A DNA stretch of 64,000 bases from Candidatus Poseidoniaceae archaeon. Lineage in GTDB: Archaea; Thermoplasmatota; Poseidoniia; Poseidoniales; Poseidoniaceae. Shown in pieces: positions 53,263-62,572 of this stretch. How positions within the stretch are numbered: position 1 is the stretch's first letter; each line of letters begins with the position of its first letter. The position numbers and the translations under genes are program-made. The stretch is from contig CASIAW010000012.1 in assembly GCA_949372875.1 (NCBI GenBank), positions 11,651 through 75,650 on the forward strand. Reading direction: 5' to 3'. Below the pieces are notes generated by a model. The model saw only the letters and a list, made by a program, of their open reading frames with translations, was not told the origin of the DNA and did no database searches.

Positions 53263-56200
53263 TCAGTGGGTTCGAGTAAAGGATTGGTCGGGGTTTTGCT
53301 TCCAACTCCCAATCGATGAACCGGAGTAGAATGTTTGACTTCCTTCATACCTATATTCTCCTCCTCCTGGGAGTTTTGAATAATCAGAGACCGTCGTTCC
53401 AGTGTTAGGAATTTGAAGAGATTGAGGTTCTGTCTGAACCTCTTGAGGCTCCTGCATCGCTTTAGGAGGAGGGCCTTTGAGATTCGACGGTGCTTTTTTG
53501 GCTCCATCAGTTCGTTGTGGTGGACCAGAGATCGGTTTTTCATCGAGTTGCCTTCTTCCGAATCCTTCCTCATCGACGCTCCTCTTTCGGATGATGAGGG
53601 CTATAACTCCGAACACTGCGAGTATTCCTCCACCTGCGGAGAGGGCGATGGTCAGGCTTGAGATTCCGTCATCTTGACTGGTATAGTTTTGTGACCACAC
53701 ATTGTTCATTTCACTGAGTTCCCAAATCTTCTGTTCAGGGTCCACTTGGATGAGTAGTGTCCAATCTCCTTGAGGGACGGTCAGAACACTTCGCAGATTT
53801 ATGGCGGTGTTTTCAGAAATACTCGATACTAATTCTCGACCTACGACAGTAGATACATCTCCTTGTACAACGCTAATGGATATGTTGAATGGCACCTCAA
53901 TCTGTTCTCCAAGACTCAGAATGTTCATTTCCATTCTCAATTTTGATCCGGGTGTTTCATCCCCTTCAAAAGAAACGGAATTAATCGCCAGGTCTGGTCC
54001 GATATTGTTGAGCGAAGACACCAGCCAGGGGTTGTTTTCTGAATTACCATTTTGTGCAGTAAGCCCCCACCCTGCATCATCGCTACCACTTGCCCAACAT
54101 GCGATATTGGATTGTGTGGAGAGAGTTGATGGGTCACCTTGTTCAGCGAAATTATAGATGAAACTGAACATTGTTTTCCCGTCGAATACTGTTGAATATT
54201 CGCGGCTGAGGGTGATTGCAGGCCAATTAAACTCTAATGAACGAATTTGGCACGTAAGGGTGAGGTTTTGACTCCAAGAATTCGATTCAGCGATGTTGAC
54301 GCCAATTTCGACATTATCCAAATGATAACGTGATACGCCACTTGTTAACGTTGAGGCGAGTAATTCCGGTGGATTTCCGTCGAGTTTCATGTTTGGCAAC
54401 TCTGTTGTAAAGAGTTTCTCCGAATCATAAGGGTCCCAAATTTCAAGAATGGTTTGATGCCAAAGACCCGATTCTAAAGGTGTTTGGAGTTGAACCGATA
54501 AGTTACCGTCAACAACTTCGGCGGAAAATCCGCTGGAAAAGAAGTCATTCTGAATTTTTCCTCTCCAGAATACAGAGACGTAACCGTTGTAGGAGGTGTT
54601 GCTGAGAAGATGAGTTATTGTGGCATTGAGTTGAACATATTCGCCAGAAACCATATTCCATCCGGTAGAAAGTTCTCCCTGGACAGGACCTCCAACATCA
54701 CGAAGTGGTTCTAATTCAACAGTCATTTGGCGTTGCAATACCCATTGGCTTTCAAAACTGAATTCCACCGTTCCATCATAGTCATCGACTTGAACTTCTA
54801 AGTGTCCAACATCAAGAGCAGAATTCACAAAAGTCCAGTCAACTTTACCGATAAAGTGTATGACAAACTGATTGTTTTCTCTTACCGCAAAACACGACGA
54901 GTCGACTTGTATTCGAGCATCCATTTGCTCACAGGTGTCGAGGTTTGTATTGTATCGCATTCCAAGGGTCTCATCATTTCCGAGTTCAATTCGAACTTGA
55001 GCAATATCTGAAAGGTTGTTACTGTCGCTCACAATGACTTTCCAACCAACTTGTCCTGTAGGCTCGAGTCGCTGAGTTCCTTCAGGGTTTGTTTCATAGA
55101 GGGGTTCAACCAAGGTTACATTTGCATTTTCCGGAGTGCGGCTCATCCAAGAGATGATACCATTGTCCGATGGTTGCAACTCACCACGAATCTCCTTTCC
55201 TGCAAGGTTTGTTCCTTCAAGCGAGACATGAACCATTTGATGGTCAGCATTGGCTGTATCATTCACCGTGATACTCAGAACCCAAGTATTTCCAAGATTG
55301 GTGAATTCGAGGTCTGCAGGAATTGCTTCTTCATCTGAAAATTGACTGTCGGAATCATCATCATGGAGTGCTTCAATCCAAACTTTTGCTTGGACTGTAT
55401 CGTTTGTAAAACCGCCTACATCATAAAATTCAAATTGAACATTTCGTTGTTCGTTTTCGTTAATGTAGGTTCCACTTAAGGGATGAGTCATGGTTTGGAC
55501 CGGTGCATCTACATTCAATACAAATTGCTTTGATGAAGGGTTGACATTCAACACAAAGTCATCCTGAGTCCGTGCTTCTAACCAAATTCGAGCTTCACCC
55601 GAACTAGCATTCGGTAGGGTGTAACTGGTCAACGTTTCTAAGCCAGTTTGCAGAGTAAACCATTCTTCAGTTGAATTGAACCAGCCAAAGTTTGGACTTT
55701 CTACATCAACATGTAACCTCGCCTCAATACTTCCATCAAGAAGTCGAGTGCCAGTCGAATTGAAACTGTGATCGATTTTGACATTGAATTGGGTACCATC
55801 AGGGAATACTTCTCCAGTATTCACTTCTAATCCACCCGCACTGGAGAAGATTGATGAATATTCAGTGACATGAACATCAAGAATATTCTCGACCTGTATC
55901 ACTTCTGGACTTCGATATACCGTATCATAGAGTCCGTGTGTTTGGACTTCCATGGAGAGATAATTACTCGGCAATCCTTCATCAACTGCCAAGTTCCAAA
56001 GGATTTCATCACCATCTGGTGATGAGTGAATAACAGTGGCTGTGATATCAGCTACTCTCAATATGCCGTCGGGGTCTAGAATATTCAAGGAGCCACTTTC
56101 AACATTCCAAGTTATTTCTGCAGATTGACTGGTGGATAAAATTAATCCGTCGCTGTTTGTAGAATGCAGCAACAGGGAATATGTGGAGTTTTGTGAATAG

Positions 56201-57822
56201 GACGAGTGGAATGTCGTGAAGTTCACAGGTGCTGCATTCGGATGCAGTGATACTGGAGGTTGGTTGAGCATGGATGCTTCTTCGGAATATATTTTGACAA
56301 AATCAAGGCTCGGAACTTTCCAGTTAATCAGTTCACTTGTGTTGAATTGAATTCGGTATTGGAAGAACGAATTACCTTCTCCTACCATCATGAGTGAATG
56401 ATTTCCTTGATTGTAAAATTGGGATAAGTTTTGAGCTCCGAGTGGAAGCCAATTTGAGGTGCTGAGCAAGTTTGCATCGGGTCCTATTTTGTATTGCAAC
56501 TTCAGTTCAGTATCGGTTGGAACTTGTCCGGAAAATTCCATCCAAGCAACAGATGAAGTGCCGAATAGTGTCTCTCGCAAGTCGAACACCTCTGAAGTAA
56601 GCCATCCATCGTGACTTTGAGGGTTTTCAAAATACTCAGAAATATCTTGGTAATTCGTACTCCAAGACGAAAAGCGGTAGTATGAGGCGTCTCCAGTTGC
56701 GTAGACGATGGTATCTCCAGTACTCGTGATGGTAGAGTCATACATGTCGGTTGGAAGTTGCGTGTGTGTTGTCATTTCTCCAGTGAGAGGGTTGTATCCA
56801 CGAACCTCACTTCTTGCAGCATTGAACCCTGTTGAGATTCCACCAGACAGAATCACCTCATCGTTGTGAACGGTCGAAGCATATGCTGCAATTTCAAACG
56901 GTAACACCGTATGGTTTGACCAGGTATCCGTCAAAACATCATACACTTCTGTATGGTTTGTTGGCGAGGTGTTGTTCTGGTTGAGGACAGGGTCAAAGGT
57001 GGTCAGAATCCCACCAAGTGCGTAGAGTTTGCCATGGTATTCAACAAGCGAAAAGGAATGTCGTGCAACACTCATATTTGCCATTTCATCCCATGTGTCG
57101 GTGTTGGTGTTGTAGCGCATAAGTCGGTCTGTAGAGTCCGAGCGATCTTTACGACTCACGCCACCTGCGACATAGATGAAATCTCCAACGTTGTCGACAC
57201 CAGCTAAACCAACTGCCGTTCCACTTGGCATCGATGTCCCCTCTATCCAAGTATTGTTACTGGAATTGAAAACTTGAACCATCCCTTCTGAAATGATCTC
57301 CGGAGTTTCGAATGGATGGTAATCGCCCACCGTGTATACTCTATCTCCAATAACACTGCAGCCAAAATACATTTGACTCAGTGGCATATTCCCTTCACTC
57401 GGACTCCAACTTGAGTTGGCTACGTCATACGTTTCCACAAAATTGGTTTCGGATTCATCACCGGATTGCATCGGGTTCGGGTCTCCACGACCGCCCATGA
57501 GTAGCACCTCGTTGGAAGAGGGGAGGTGAACGGCGCATGCACCCGTACGCGCAAGGAGAAGTCCTGGGCTACTCACGCCCTGCCAACTGATGATTGGATG
57601 GTCAAGAACTGCTTCACCCGTCGATGTGTTTATCGAGATATTACTGGGTGTAAATCCATCGGAGACATTGAATTCACTGTTCATTTGGAGGCTCTCCGAG
57701 ACCTCTTTTTCGTGCAACGATGTTGCGTCTTGAACAGGGATTACCGATTGCAACGGAGTAAGAAACATGAGAACCACAATGGCAATCGCAGGTATGAATC
57801 TACGAGAACCAGTGTTGCCCAT
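53263..57822 (-). CDS. Giant (1519 aa) secreted surface protein: signal peptide, Kelch-repeat beta-propeller, long beta-rich region, CARDB-like module, TM anchor, cytoplasmic tail
   Basis: Signal IPAIAIVVLMFLTPLQS. Kelch blades (LLMGGRGDP, VYTVGDY, IYVAGGVSR, LYALGGIL, ILSGGIS, VYATGD). CARDB-like GPDLAINSVSFEGDETPGSKLRMEMNILSLG...VDPEQKIWELSEMNNVW. TM GGGILAVFGVIALII plus a ~130-aa tail. Confidence 0.8.
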   Translation of the reverse strand: MGNTGSRRFIPAIAIVVLMFLTPLQSVIPVQDATSLHEKEVSESLQMNSEFNVSDGFTPSNISINTSTGEAVLDHPIISWQGVSSPGLLLARTGACAVHLPSSNEVLLMGGRGDPNPMQSGDESETNFVETYDVANSSWSPSEGNMPLSQMYFGCSVIGDRVYTVGDYHPFETPEIISEGMVQVFNSSNNTWIEGTSMPSGTAVGLAGVDNVGDFIYVAGGVSRKDRSDSTDRLMRYNTNTDTWDEMANMSVARHSFSLVEYHGKLYALGGILTTFDPVLNQNNTSPTNHTEVYDVLTDTWSNHTVLPFEIAAYASTVHNDEVILSGGISTGFNAARSEVRGYNPLTGEMTTHTQLPTDMYDSTITSTGDTIVYATGDASYYRFSSWSTNYQDISEYFENPQSHDGWLTSEVFDLRETLFGTSSVAWMEFSGQVPTDTELKLQYKIGPDANLLSTSNWLPLGAQNLSQFYNQGNHSLMMVGEGNSFFQYRIQFNTSELINWKVPSLDFVKIYSEEASMLNQPPVSLHPNAAPVNFTTFHSSYSQNSTYSLLLHSTNSDGLILSTSQSAEITWNVESGSLNILDPDGILRVADITATVIHSSPDGDEILWNLAVDEGLPSNYLSMEVQTHGLYDTVYRSPEVIQVENILDVHVTEYSSIFSSAGGLEVNTGEVFPDGTQFNVKIDHSFNSTGTRLLDGSIEARLHVDVESPNFGWFNSTEEWFTLQTGLETLTSYTLPNASSGEARIWLEARTQDDFVLNVNPSSKQFVLNVDAPVQTMTHPLSGTYINENEQRNVQFEFYDVGGFTNDTVQAKVWIEALHDDDSDSQFSDEEAIPADLEFTNLGNTWVLSITVNDTANADHQMVHVSLEGTNLAGKEIRGELQPSDNGIISWMSRTPENANVTLVEPLYETNPEGTQRLEPTGQVGWKVIVSDSNNLSDIAQVRIELGNDETLGMRYNTNLDTCEQMDARIQVDSSCFAVRENNQFVIHFIGKVDWTFVNSALDVGHLEVQVDDYDGTVEFSFESQWVLQRQMTVELEPLRDVGGPVQGELSTGWNMVSGEYVQLNATITHLLSNTSYNGYVSVFWRGKIQNDFFSSGFSAEVVDGNLSVQLQTPLESGLWHQTILEIWDPYDSEKLFTTELPNMKLDGNPPELLASTLTSGVSRYHLDNVEIGVNIAESNSWSQNLTLTCQIRSLEFNWPAITLSREYSTVFDGKTMFSFIYNFAEQGDPSTLSTQSNIACWASGSDDAGWGLTAQNGNSENNPWLVSSLNNIGPDLAINSVSFEGDETPGSKLRMEMNILSLGEQIEVPFNISISVVQGDVSTVVGRELVSSISENTAINLRSVLTVPQGDWTLLIQVDPEQKIWELSEMNNVWSQNYTSQDDGISSLTIALSAGGGILAVFGVIALIIRKRSVDEEGFGRRQLDEKPISGPPQRTDGAKKAPSNLKGPPPKAMQEPQEVQTEPQSLQIPNTGTTVSDYSKLPGGGEYRYEGSQTFYSGSSIGSWKQNPDQSFTRTH

Positions 57823-57843
57823 GTGTCTTGGTAATGCTCTCGA

Positions 57844-59322
57844 TTGAATACATTTACCCCTCGGTGGTTGAGGGGCGATGAGAGTTCAATAAGGGTGAAT
57901 GTAAGTTCATTGTGTATGAAGCATAGATTCATTGGTTCAGGCGGTATGCGCCTTACGGAGGAGAATGGTTTGTCACGTGAATATGTTGCCCGAGATCCAC
58001 GTACTGGACTCCCCATTGCAGTAGCAAAACGGCAAAAAACGGCTAAAAAAGTCAAAGTCGAAACGGGGCCTTGGTCTTCTCTTACTGACGAGGAAGTACT
58101 TGGTCTGGCTCGCGGTGAACTCTCAACTGCCTCGGTACGTTGGATGGATAAAACGGTTCATCTTGGACGAACGGATGCCATCAAAGCCTTGGGTCGATTT
58201 CACGGAATGCGGGTACATCAAGCTCATTCACTCCTGCTTTCAGGACTTGAATCTGACGACCCGGAAATCCGTTCTGCCTCGTTGGAGGTACTTCCGGAAG
58301 TGGCTGTTTTAAAATCCGATGAATTATTCGATTGGCTTTCCGTATTGTTGGATGATGAAGATTTGAATGTTCGAAAGGCTGCGAGTCAATGCTTAGCCAT
58401 CACCTCTCCCGTATTCCCGTCAGGAGTTGCTTCGATTTTGGCAAACGAACTTCGATCATCCATACGACACCGAAGTGATGCGGCTTGGAAAGGTTTGTCA
58501 GGACTTTGCGAAACGTGGCCGGAAGTCGTCGTTGATCACGTCGATTCCCTTCTTTTGGAAGAGGATATGCAGTTGCGAAAGAAAGCAACAGGTTTACTCC
58601 GCAAAATCATCAAAAAAGGAGATTCGGCTGTTTGGGATTTAATTTCCTGGTCTCTGAATGACACAGAGGTCGAAGTGCGCCGAGCTGCTGCTAAAAATTT
58701 ACCAACTCTTGCTCGAAGAGAATCACGAATTGCTACACTGTTCGCCGAAAGGGCTCTCGTAGACTCCGATTCTGAAGTTCGTTTGAGTGCTATAAAAGCA
58801 GTCCAGGTGCTGGATACAGACCACGGACGTGCTCGGGAACTTGTTGTTCGAGGAACGACTTCGAAGGACCTCAAAGTTCGCTCTGCTTGCGTTGAATTAC
58901 TTCCCCGATTGTTCGGAGAAGAAGTACTTCGCACTATGGCTGAAGAACTCCTCAATACCGAAACGGACACGAAGATTATCGCTTCTCTAAAGGAGATGGT
59001 TTTCGATGCCTCACTTGACGGAACTGAAGCCCAAAAGAATGCGCAACTTGCACCGGCTGCTCCAGTTCCTGCCTTGGATAGAGAAGTGGCCGAATCTCAA
59101 GGGAAGCGTGTGGGTTTGGAACCGCTTCGTTCGACCGATGATGCGTCCCAGTCTCAAGCAGCACCGAAGTTGCCCGGTGCGGTGATTCGCCAGAATGCCG
59201 AAACTGGTCCTGAGTCGCCTGTCAAGGAACCTGTTTACAGGGCTGTGAGTCAAGATGAAATGATGGGCTATGAGGACGATTTTGAAGACGAAGACCCCGA
59301 TGACGACGCAGATTATTTCTAG
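57844..59322 (+). CDS. HEAT-repeat (PBS-lyase-type) protein with an acidic C-terminus
   Basis: Recurrent D..E(V/I)R.AA...L units (SDDPEIRSASLEVL, DEDLNVRKAASQCL, DTEVEVRRAAAKNL, DSDSEVRLSAIKAV, SKDLKVRSACVELL). Start uncertain (TTG 57844, ATG 57916 or ATG 57946). Confidence 0.7.
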   Translation: MNTFTPRWLRGDESSIRVNVSSLCMKHRFIGSGGMRLTEENGLSREYVARDPRTGLPIAVAKRQKTAKKVKVETGPWSSLTDEEVLGLARGELSTASVRWMDKTVHLGRTDAIKALGRFHGMRVHQAHSLLLSGLESDDPEIRSASLEVLPEVAVLKSDELFDWLSVLLDDEDLNVRKAASQCLAITSPVFPSGVASILANELRSSIRHRSDAAWKGLSGLCETWPEVVVDHVDSLLLEEDMQLRKKATGLLRKIIKKGDSAVWDLISWSLNDTEVEVRRAAAKNLPTLARRESRIATLFAERALVDSDSEVRLSAIKAVQVLDTDHGRARELVVRGTTSKDLKVRSACVELLPRLFGEEVLRTMAEELLNTETDTKIIASLKEMVFDASLDGTEAQKNAQLAPAAPVPALDREVAESQGKRVGLEPLRSTDDASQSQAAPKLPGAVIRQNAETGPESPVKEPVYRAVSQDEMMGYEDDFEDEDPDDDADYF

Positions 59323-59413
59323 ATTCGGATTTTGTTTCGTAGATTTCTTTCCCTCCACCCATGTCGGTATGGTTAAGAAGGGTGTGTCGGTGGACCGATT
59401 GCTTAAGGTGAAT

Positions 59414-59629
59414 ATGATGGATGAAGCATTCAATGATAAGGCTGAGCAATTCGAACGCTTGTGGGATGGAATCACCCCCAAAGGCATTAACCGAAACAAA
59501 TCTTTGAAGTTCCGACAATACATTTTGGAACATGTTCGACAGACGCGTCGCCCTCTTACCCGAGACAATGCACGTAAGTATTGGATGGGTATTCTCCAAG
59601 CAGAAATCGCCGAGCGCGAAAACTACTGA
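59414..59629 (+). CDS. Possible small basic helical protein (71 aa)
   Basis: MMDEAFNDKAEQFERLWDGITPKGINRNKSLKFRQYILEHVRQTRRPLTRDNARKYWMGILQAEIAERENY. The upstream part of the tracked ORF overlaps the HEAT gene. An alternative ATG is at 59369. Confidence 0.3.
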   Translation: MMDEAFNDKAEQFERLWDGITPKGINRNKSLKFRQYILEHVRQTRRPLTRDNARKYWMGILQAEIAERENY

Positions 59630-59694
59630 TTCCACTCGAATGGGTTGCCACCGTCTCGGCGACCCACTCGAAACACCGAGACGGAGCTGATGAA

Positions 59695-61116
59695 ATGTTC
59701 ACTAATACCCGATTCGATTCTTGGGACCTTCCCCAAAACCTCCTCGATAGCCTTGAAAAAATTGGATGGGATTGCGCCACCCAAGTTCAGAAAGACACTA
59801 TTCCACTTGCACGAGCTGGCCGTGATGTTATCGGTCAAGCCCGCACTGGGTCTGGTAAAACCGCTGCTTTTGGTCTTCCAATTCTTGAGCGATGTCAACC
59901 AACCGGTAAACTCCAAGCATTGGTTCTCACACCAACTCGTGAACTGGCAAATCAAGTTGCAGAAGAATTTCAAACTCTTCAAGGTGATATTGGATTACAG
60001 ATTCAAACGGTCTACGGTGGAACTGATTTGGAAAAGCAAGCCAAAACGCTCAGCGGTGGTGTCGACATTATCGTTGGAACTCCAGGGCGAGTCATGGATA
60101 TGACTGAACGAGGTCACATTGACCTTGAATCACCTTCCTTGTTCTGTCTCGATGAGGCAGATCGAATGCTCGATATGGGATTCTTTCCAGACATCATGTG
60201 GGTTCTTGAGCGTATGAAAAACCGAGAACAGACTCTTTTGTTCTCTGCAACTTTCCCACAAGAAATAATCGATGCTGCCCATGAGTTCATGAATGAACCT
60301 GAGTTTGTTCTTACCAATACTGAAGAATTGGACATTCCACCAATCGACATGTATAGTGTAAAAATCGGCCGTTCAAACAAATTATGGGCTCTTGGACGAC
60401 TTATGTGCCGCATGAGTGATACTGATCAAACAATTATCTTCTGCAACACAAAGCGGATGGTAGACTTAGCAGTTCAGCGTTTGAACAAGCATCGCTTTGT
60501 TGTCGAGGGGTTGCATGGAGACTTGAACCAAAACCAACGTGAAAAGATTCTCAACCGTTTCAAAGAAGGGGAAGTCAAAACAATTGTAGCAACTGATGTT
60601 GCTGCACGTGGTATTGACGTTGATGGAATCACACTTGTCGTCAATTACGATTTACCAGTGGATTTAGATTCGTTCATCCACCGTGTTGGAAGAACCGGCC
60701 GTATTGGTCGTAAGGGAGAGGCTTGGAGCCTTGTCTCTCGTGACGACGCTCCCCAACTTTCGAAAATCATGGCAACGTATGGCTTGGAGATTATTGAAAC
60801 AGAAGCCCCTGAACTCCCAGATGGGCTTGAACGAGACCCTGTAGCACGGCAAGATGACTTTGGAGAAACTGCAGACGTGTTTGGATTTGTTACCCTTCAA
60901 CTCGATATTAACCAGTCATCCGCAGGCTCCTCCCGCACAGTTGCACAATGGTTCCAAAGTTCACTGCGTTGCGATGAGATGGCGATTGGTGATGTTCATT
61001 TTGATGCAGACTCTACATTCGTTAGTATTCACACAAGCAAGGTCGGACTTGCCATCAAGGCTCTTGAAAAACATGACATGTCAGGACAAAGAGTCACTGG
61101 AACTGTTTTTGAGTGA
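59695..61116 (+). CDS. DEAD-box ATP-dependent RNA helicase with a DbpA-like C-terminal RNA-binding domain
   Basis: Q motif FDSWDL...ATQVQ, motif I ARTGSGKT, PTRELA, DEAD (CLDEADRM), SAT, HGDLNQNQR, VATDVAARGID, HRVGRTGR. The C-terminal ~75 aa (FVTLQLD.......IGDVHFDADSTFVSIH) are DbpA-RBD-like. Confidence 0.9.
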   Translation: MFTNTRFDSWDLPQNLLDSLEKIGWDCATQVQKDTIPLARAGRDVIGQARTGSGKTAAFGLPILERCQPTGKLQALVLTPTRELANQVAEEFQTLQGDIGLQIQTVYGGTDLEKQAKTLSGGVDIIVGTPGRVMDMTERGHIDLESPSLFCLDEADRMLDMGFFPDIMWVLERMKNREQTLLFSATFPQEIIDAAHEFMNEPEFVLTNTEELDIPPIDMYSVKIGRSNKLWALGRLMCRMSDTDQTIIFCNTKRMVDLAVQRLNKHRFVVEGLHGDLNQNQREKILNRFKEGEVKTIVATDVAARGIDVDGITLVVNYDLPVDLDSFIHRVGRTGRIGRKGEAWSLVSRDDAPQLSKIMATYGLEIIETEAPELPDGLERDPVARQDDFGETADVFGFVTLQLDINQSSAGSSRTVAQWFQSSLRCDEMAIGDVHFDADSTFVSIHTSKVGLAIKALEKHDMSGQRVTGTVFE

Positions 61117-62253
61117 CTACTCTTCTTCACTGTTCTTTTTCCAAGAACCGGGCCTTTTCTTATGTCGATGCGAGGTTCTTTTTTCTTTTTCTGGGAGTTC
61201 ACTTACTTCAATTTCGTTCGATTTCTTAACTGGCCATTTCCCATCTTCATCGGGACGCTCAATCACAAATGAGGTTGCTCCAAGTGTCAATAGACTCAGT
61301 GCAGATAAGGACCATGCATATCCAATTGCATCATCCCAACGATTCTGTGCTTGACCACATTCAGAAGAGATGAGTTCAGAGAAATAGCAGAAGTCAAGGG
61401 TTTCTTTAGCAGCCATCGCCTCTTCATTTGATGTGACATTTTGAACTGCAAATGCCAGTAGCATAACGGCGCCAGCAAGGAGATAGAAGTGTTTGGATTG
61501 CCATTGGCTTCGAAATTTCAATCGCCACTTCTCCTCACCAGCTACACTCGCATCAAGCGTACGTGCTGGTCCGCCGACTTTCCAAAACCAGAGCACCCAC
61601 ATTGTCACAAGCACCAACAGAAAGCCCCACTCATAGACTGCTGTGTGAAAGTCCCACATACCTGAAAGGCACGCAGGTTGATTCGGATTGAGATGGCAAT
61701 CGCTGACTGCGATCGGATAGAACATCACCAATCGCATAATGTTGAGGACATAGATGATGCTGCACATGACGATAATCGAACGTATCTTCAAGCGTTGTGG
61801 TACTCCTTCAGTCATGGCAACTAAAGTTGATAGGAAAATCATCTCATGAACTCCAGCGCATTCATCGGATACATACAATCCGACAGTGTCATAACTTCCA
61901 GGAAAGTTTGGATGAATCAAATCAATTCGGGTCATCCAACCATTGTGCGTGGATAATGTCGATGCGACATATTCTCCATCGCTATACAAAAAATTCGTCA
62001 TAGCGTTCCACAACCATGCTTCAGTCACTTGCAGTGGAGCAAGGGTGTCAGACGGTTGAGTCAAAAACCAATAAAAGGCCTCAACACAGAGCAATGCAAG
62101 CGGTATTCGTGCATATCGAAGCCCCAACTGGCCAACTTCTGACCATTCTAAATCCTCTTTAGAAGAGGTGGACTTAGAACTGTTGCTCATGGCTTTGCGT
62201 AGGTGTTCATCTTCATCAAGTTGCGGTTGAGTTTCTCGAGATAAGTGGAACAA
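61117..62253 (-). CDS. Exosortase/archaeosortase-family polytopic membrane protein (candidate archaeosortase) with a Lys-rich C-terminal tail
   Basis: Ordered signature residues in TM context: Cys in YVSDECAGVHEMIFLSTLV, Arg in YVLNIMRLVMFYPI, His in WDFHTAVYEWGFL. At least 7 TM. Recognised by motif only. Confidence 0.5.
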   Translation of the reverse strand: MFHLSRETQPQLDEDEHLRKAMSNSSKSTSSKEDLEWSEVGQLGLRYARIPLALLCVEAFYWFLTQPSDTLAPLQVTEAWLWNAMTNFLYSDGEYVASTLSTHNGWMTRIDLIHPNFPGSYDTVGLYVSDECAGVHEMIFLSTLVAMTEGVPQRLKIRSIIVMCSIIYVLNIMRLVMFYPIAVSDCHLNPNQPACLSGMWDFHTAVYEWGFLLVLVTMWVLWFWKVGGPARTLDASVAGEEKWRLKFRSQWQSKHFYLLAGAVMLLAFAVQNVTSNEEAMAAKETLDFCYFSELISSECGQAQNRWDDAIGYAWSLSALSLLTLGATSFVIERPDEDGKWPVKKSNEIEVSELPEKEKRTSHRHKKRPGSWKKNSEEE

Positions 62254-62305
62254 TCATGAATTCTCAATTCGGAGCCTTTGAAAGGGGAGAGCGATTAGCC
62301 ATTTC

Positions 62306-62572
62306 ATGGTCGAAGTCGTCTCATTCGGTGACGGTGCATCAGTATCACCGACTCACCGACTTGATGTCATCGGTTTTTTTTGTCCAATACCTGTTGCTGA
62401 AGCCAAAAAGGCCCTTTCAAAGATGGATACCGGAGAGATTCTGGAAGTTTGGGCTGACGATCCTGAAACGCTTCACGACATGCCACTGCTAACAAACCGT
62501 GGCGAAAATATCATACTTTCGATTGAAGAAAAAGCGGGTGAATTGCGTTTTTTAATTGAGGTGATTGAATGA
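62306..62572 (+). CDS. TusA/SirA-family sulfur-carrier-like protein
   Basis: LDVIGFFCPIPVAEAKKALSKMDTGEILEVWADDPETLHDMP matches LD..G..CP.P....K.AL..........L.V..DD......D(I/M). Confidence 0.7.
   Translation: MVEVVSFGDGASVSPTHRLDVIGFFCPIPVAEAKKALSKMDTGEILEVWADDPETLHDMPLLTNRGENIILSIEEKAGELRFLIEVIE

Noticed and set aside
59581-59694. N-terminal 38-codon extension of the DEAD-box helicase ORF, and the overlapping ORFs 59011..59568(-), 59222..59635(-) and 59556..59780(-)
   Set aside because: The helicase Q-motif context begins right after the ATG at 59695, and the extension contains the leader hairpin. The minus-strand ORFs are antisense to the HEAT gene and its spacer and have no motifs.
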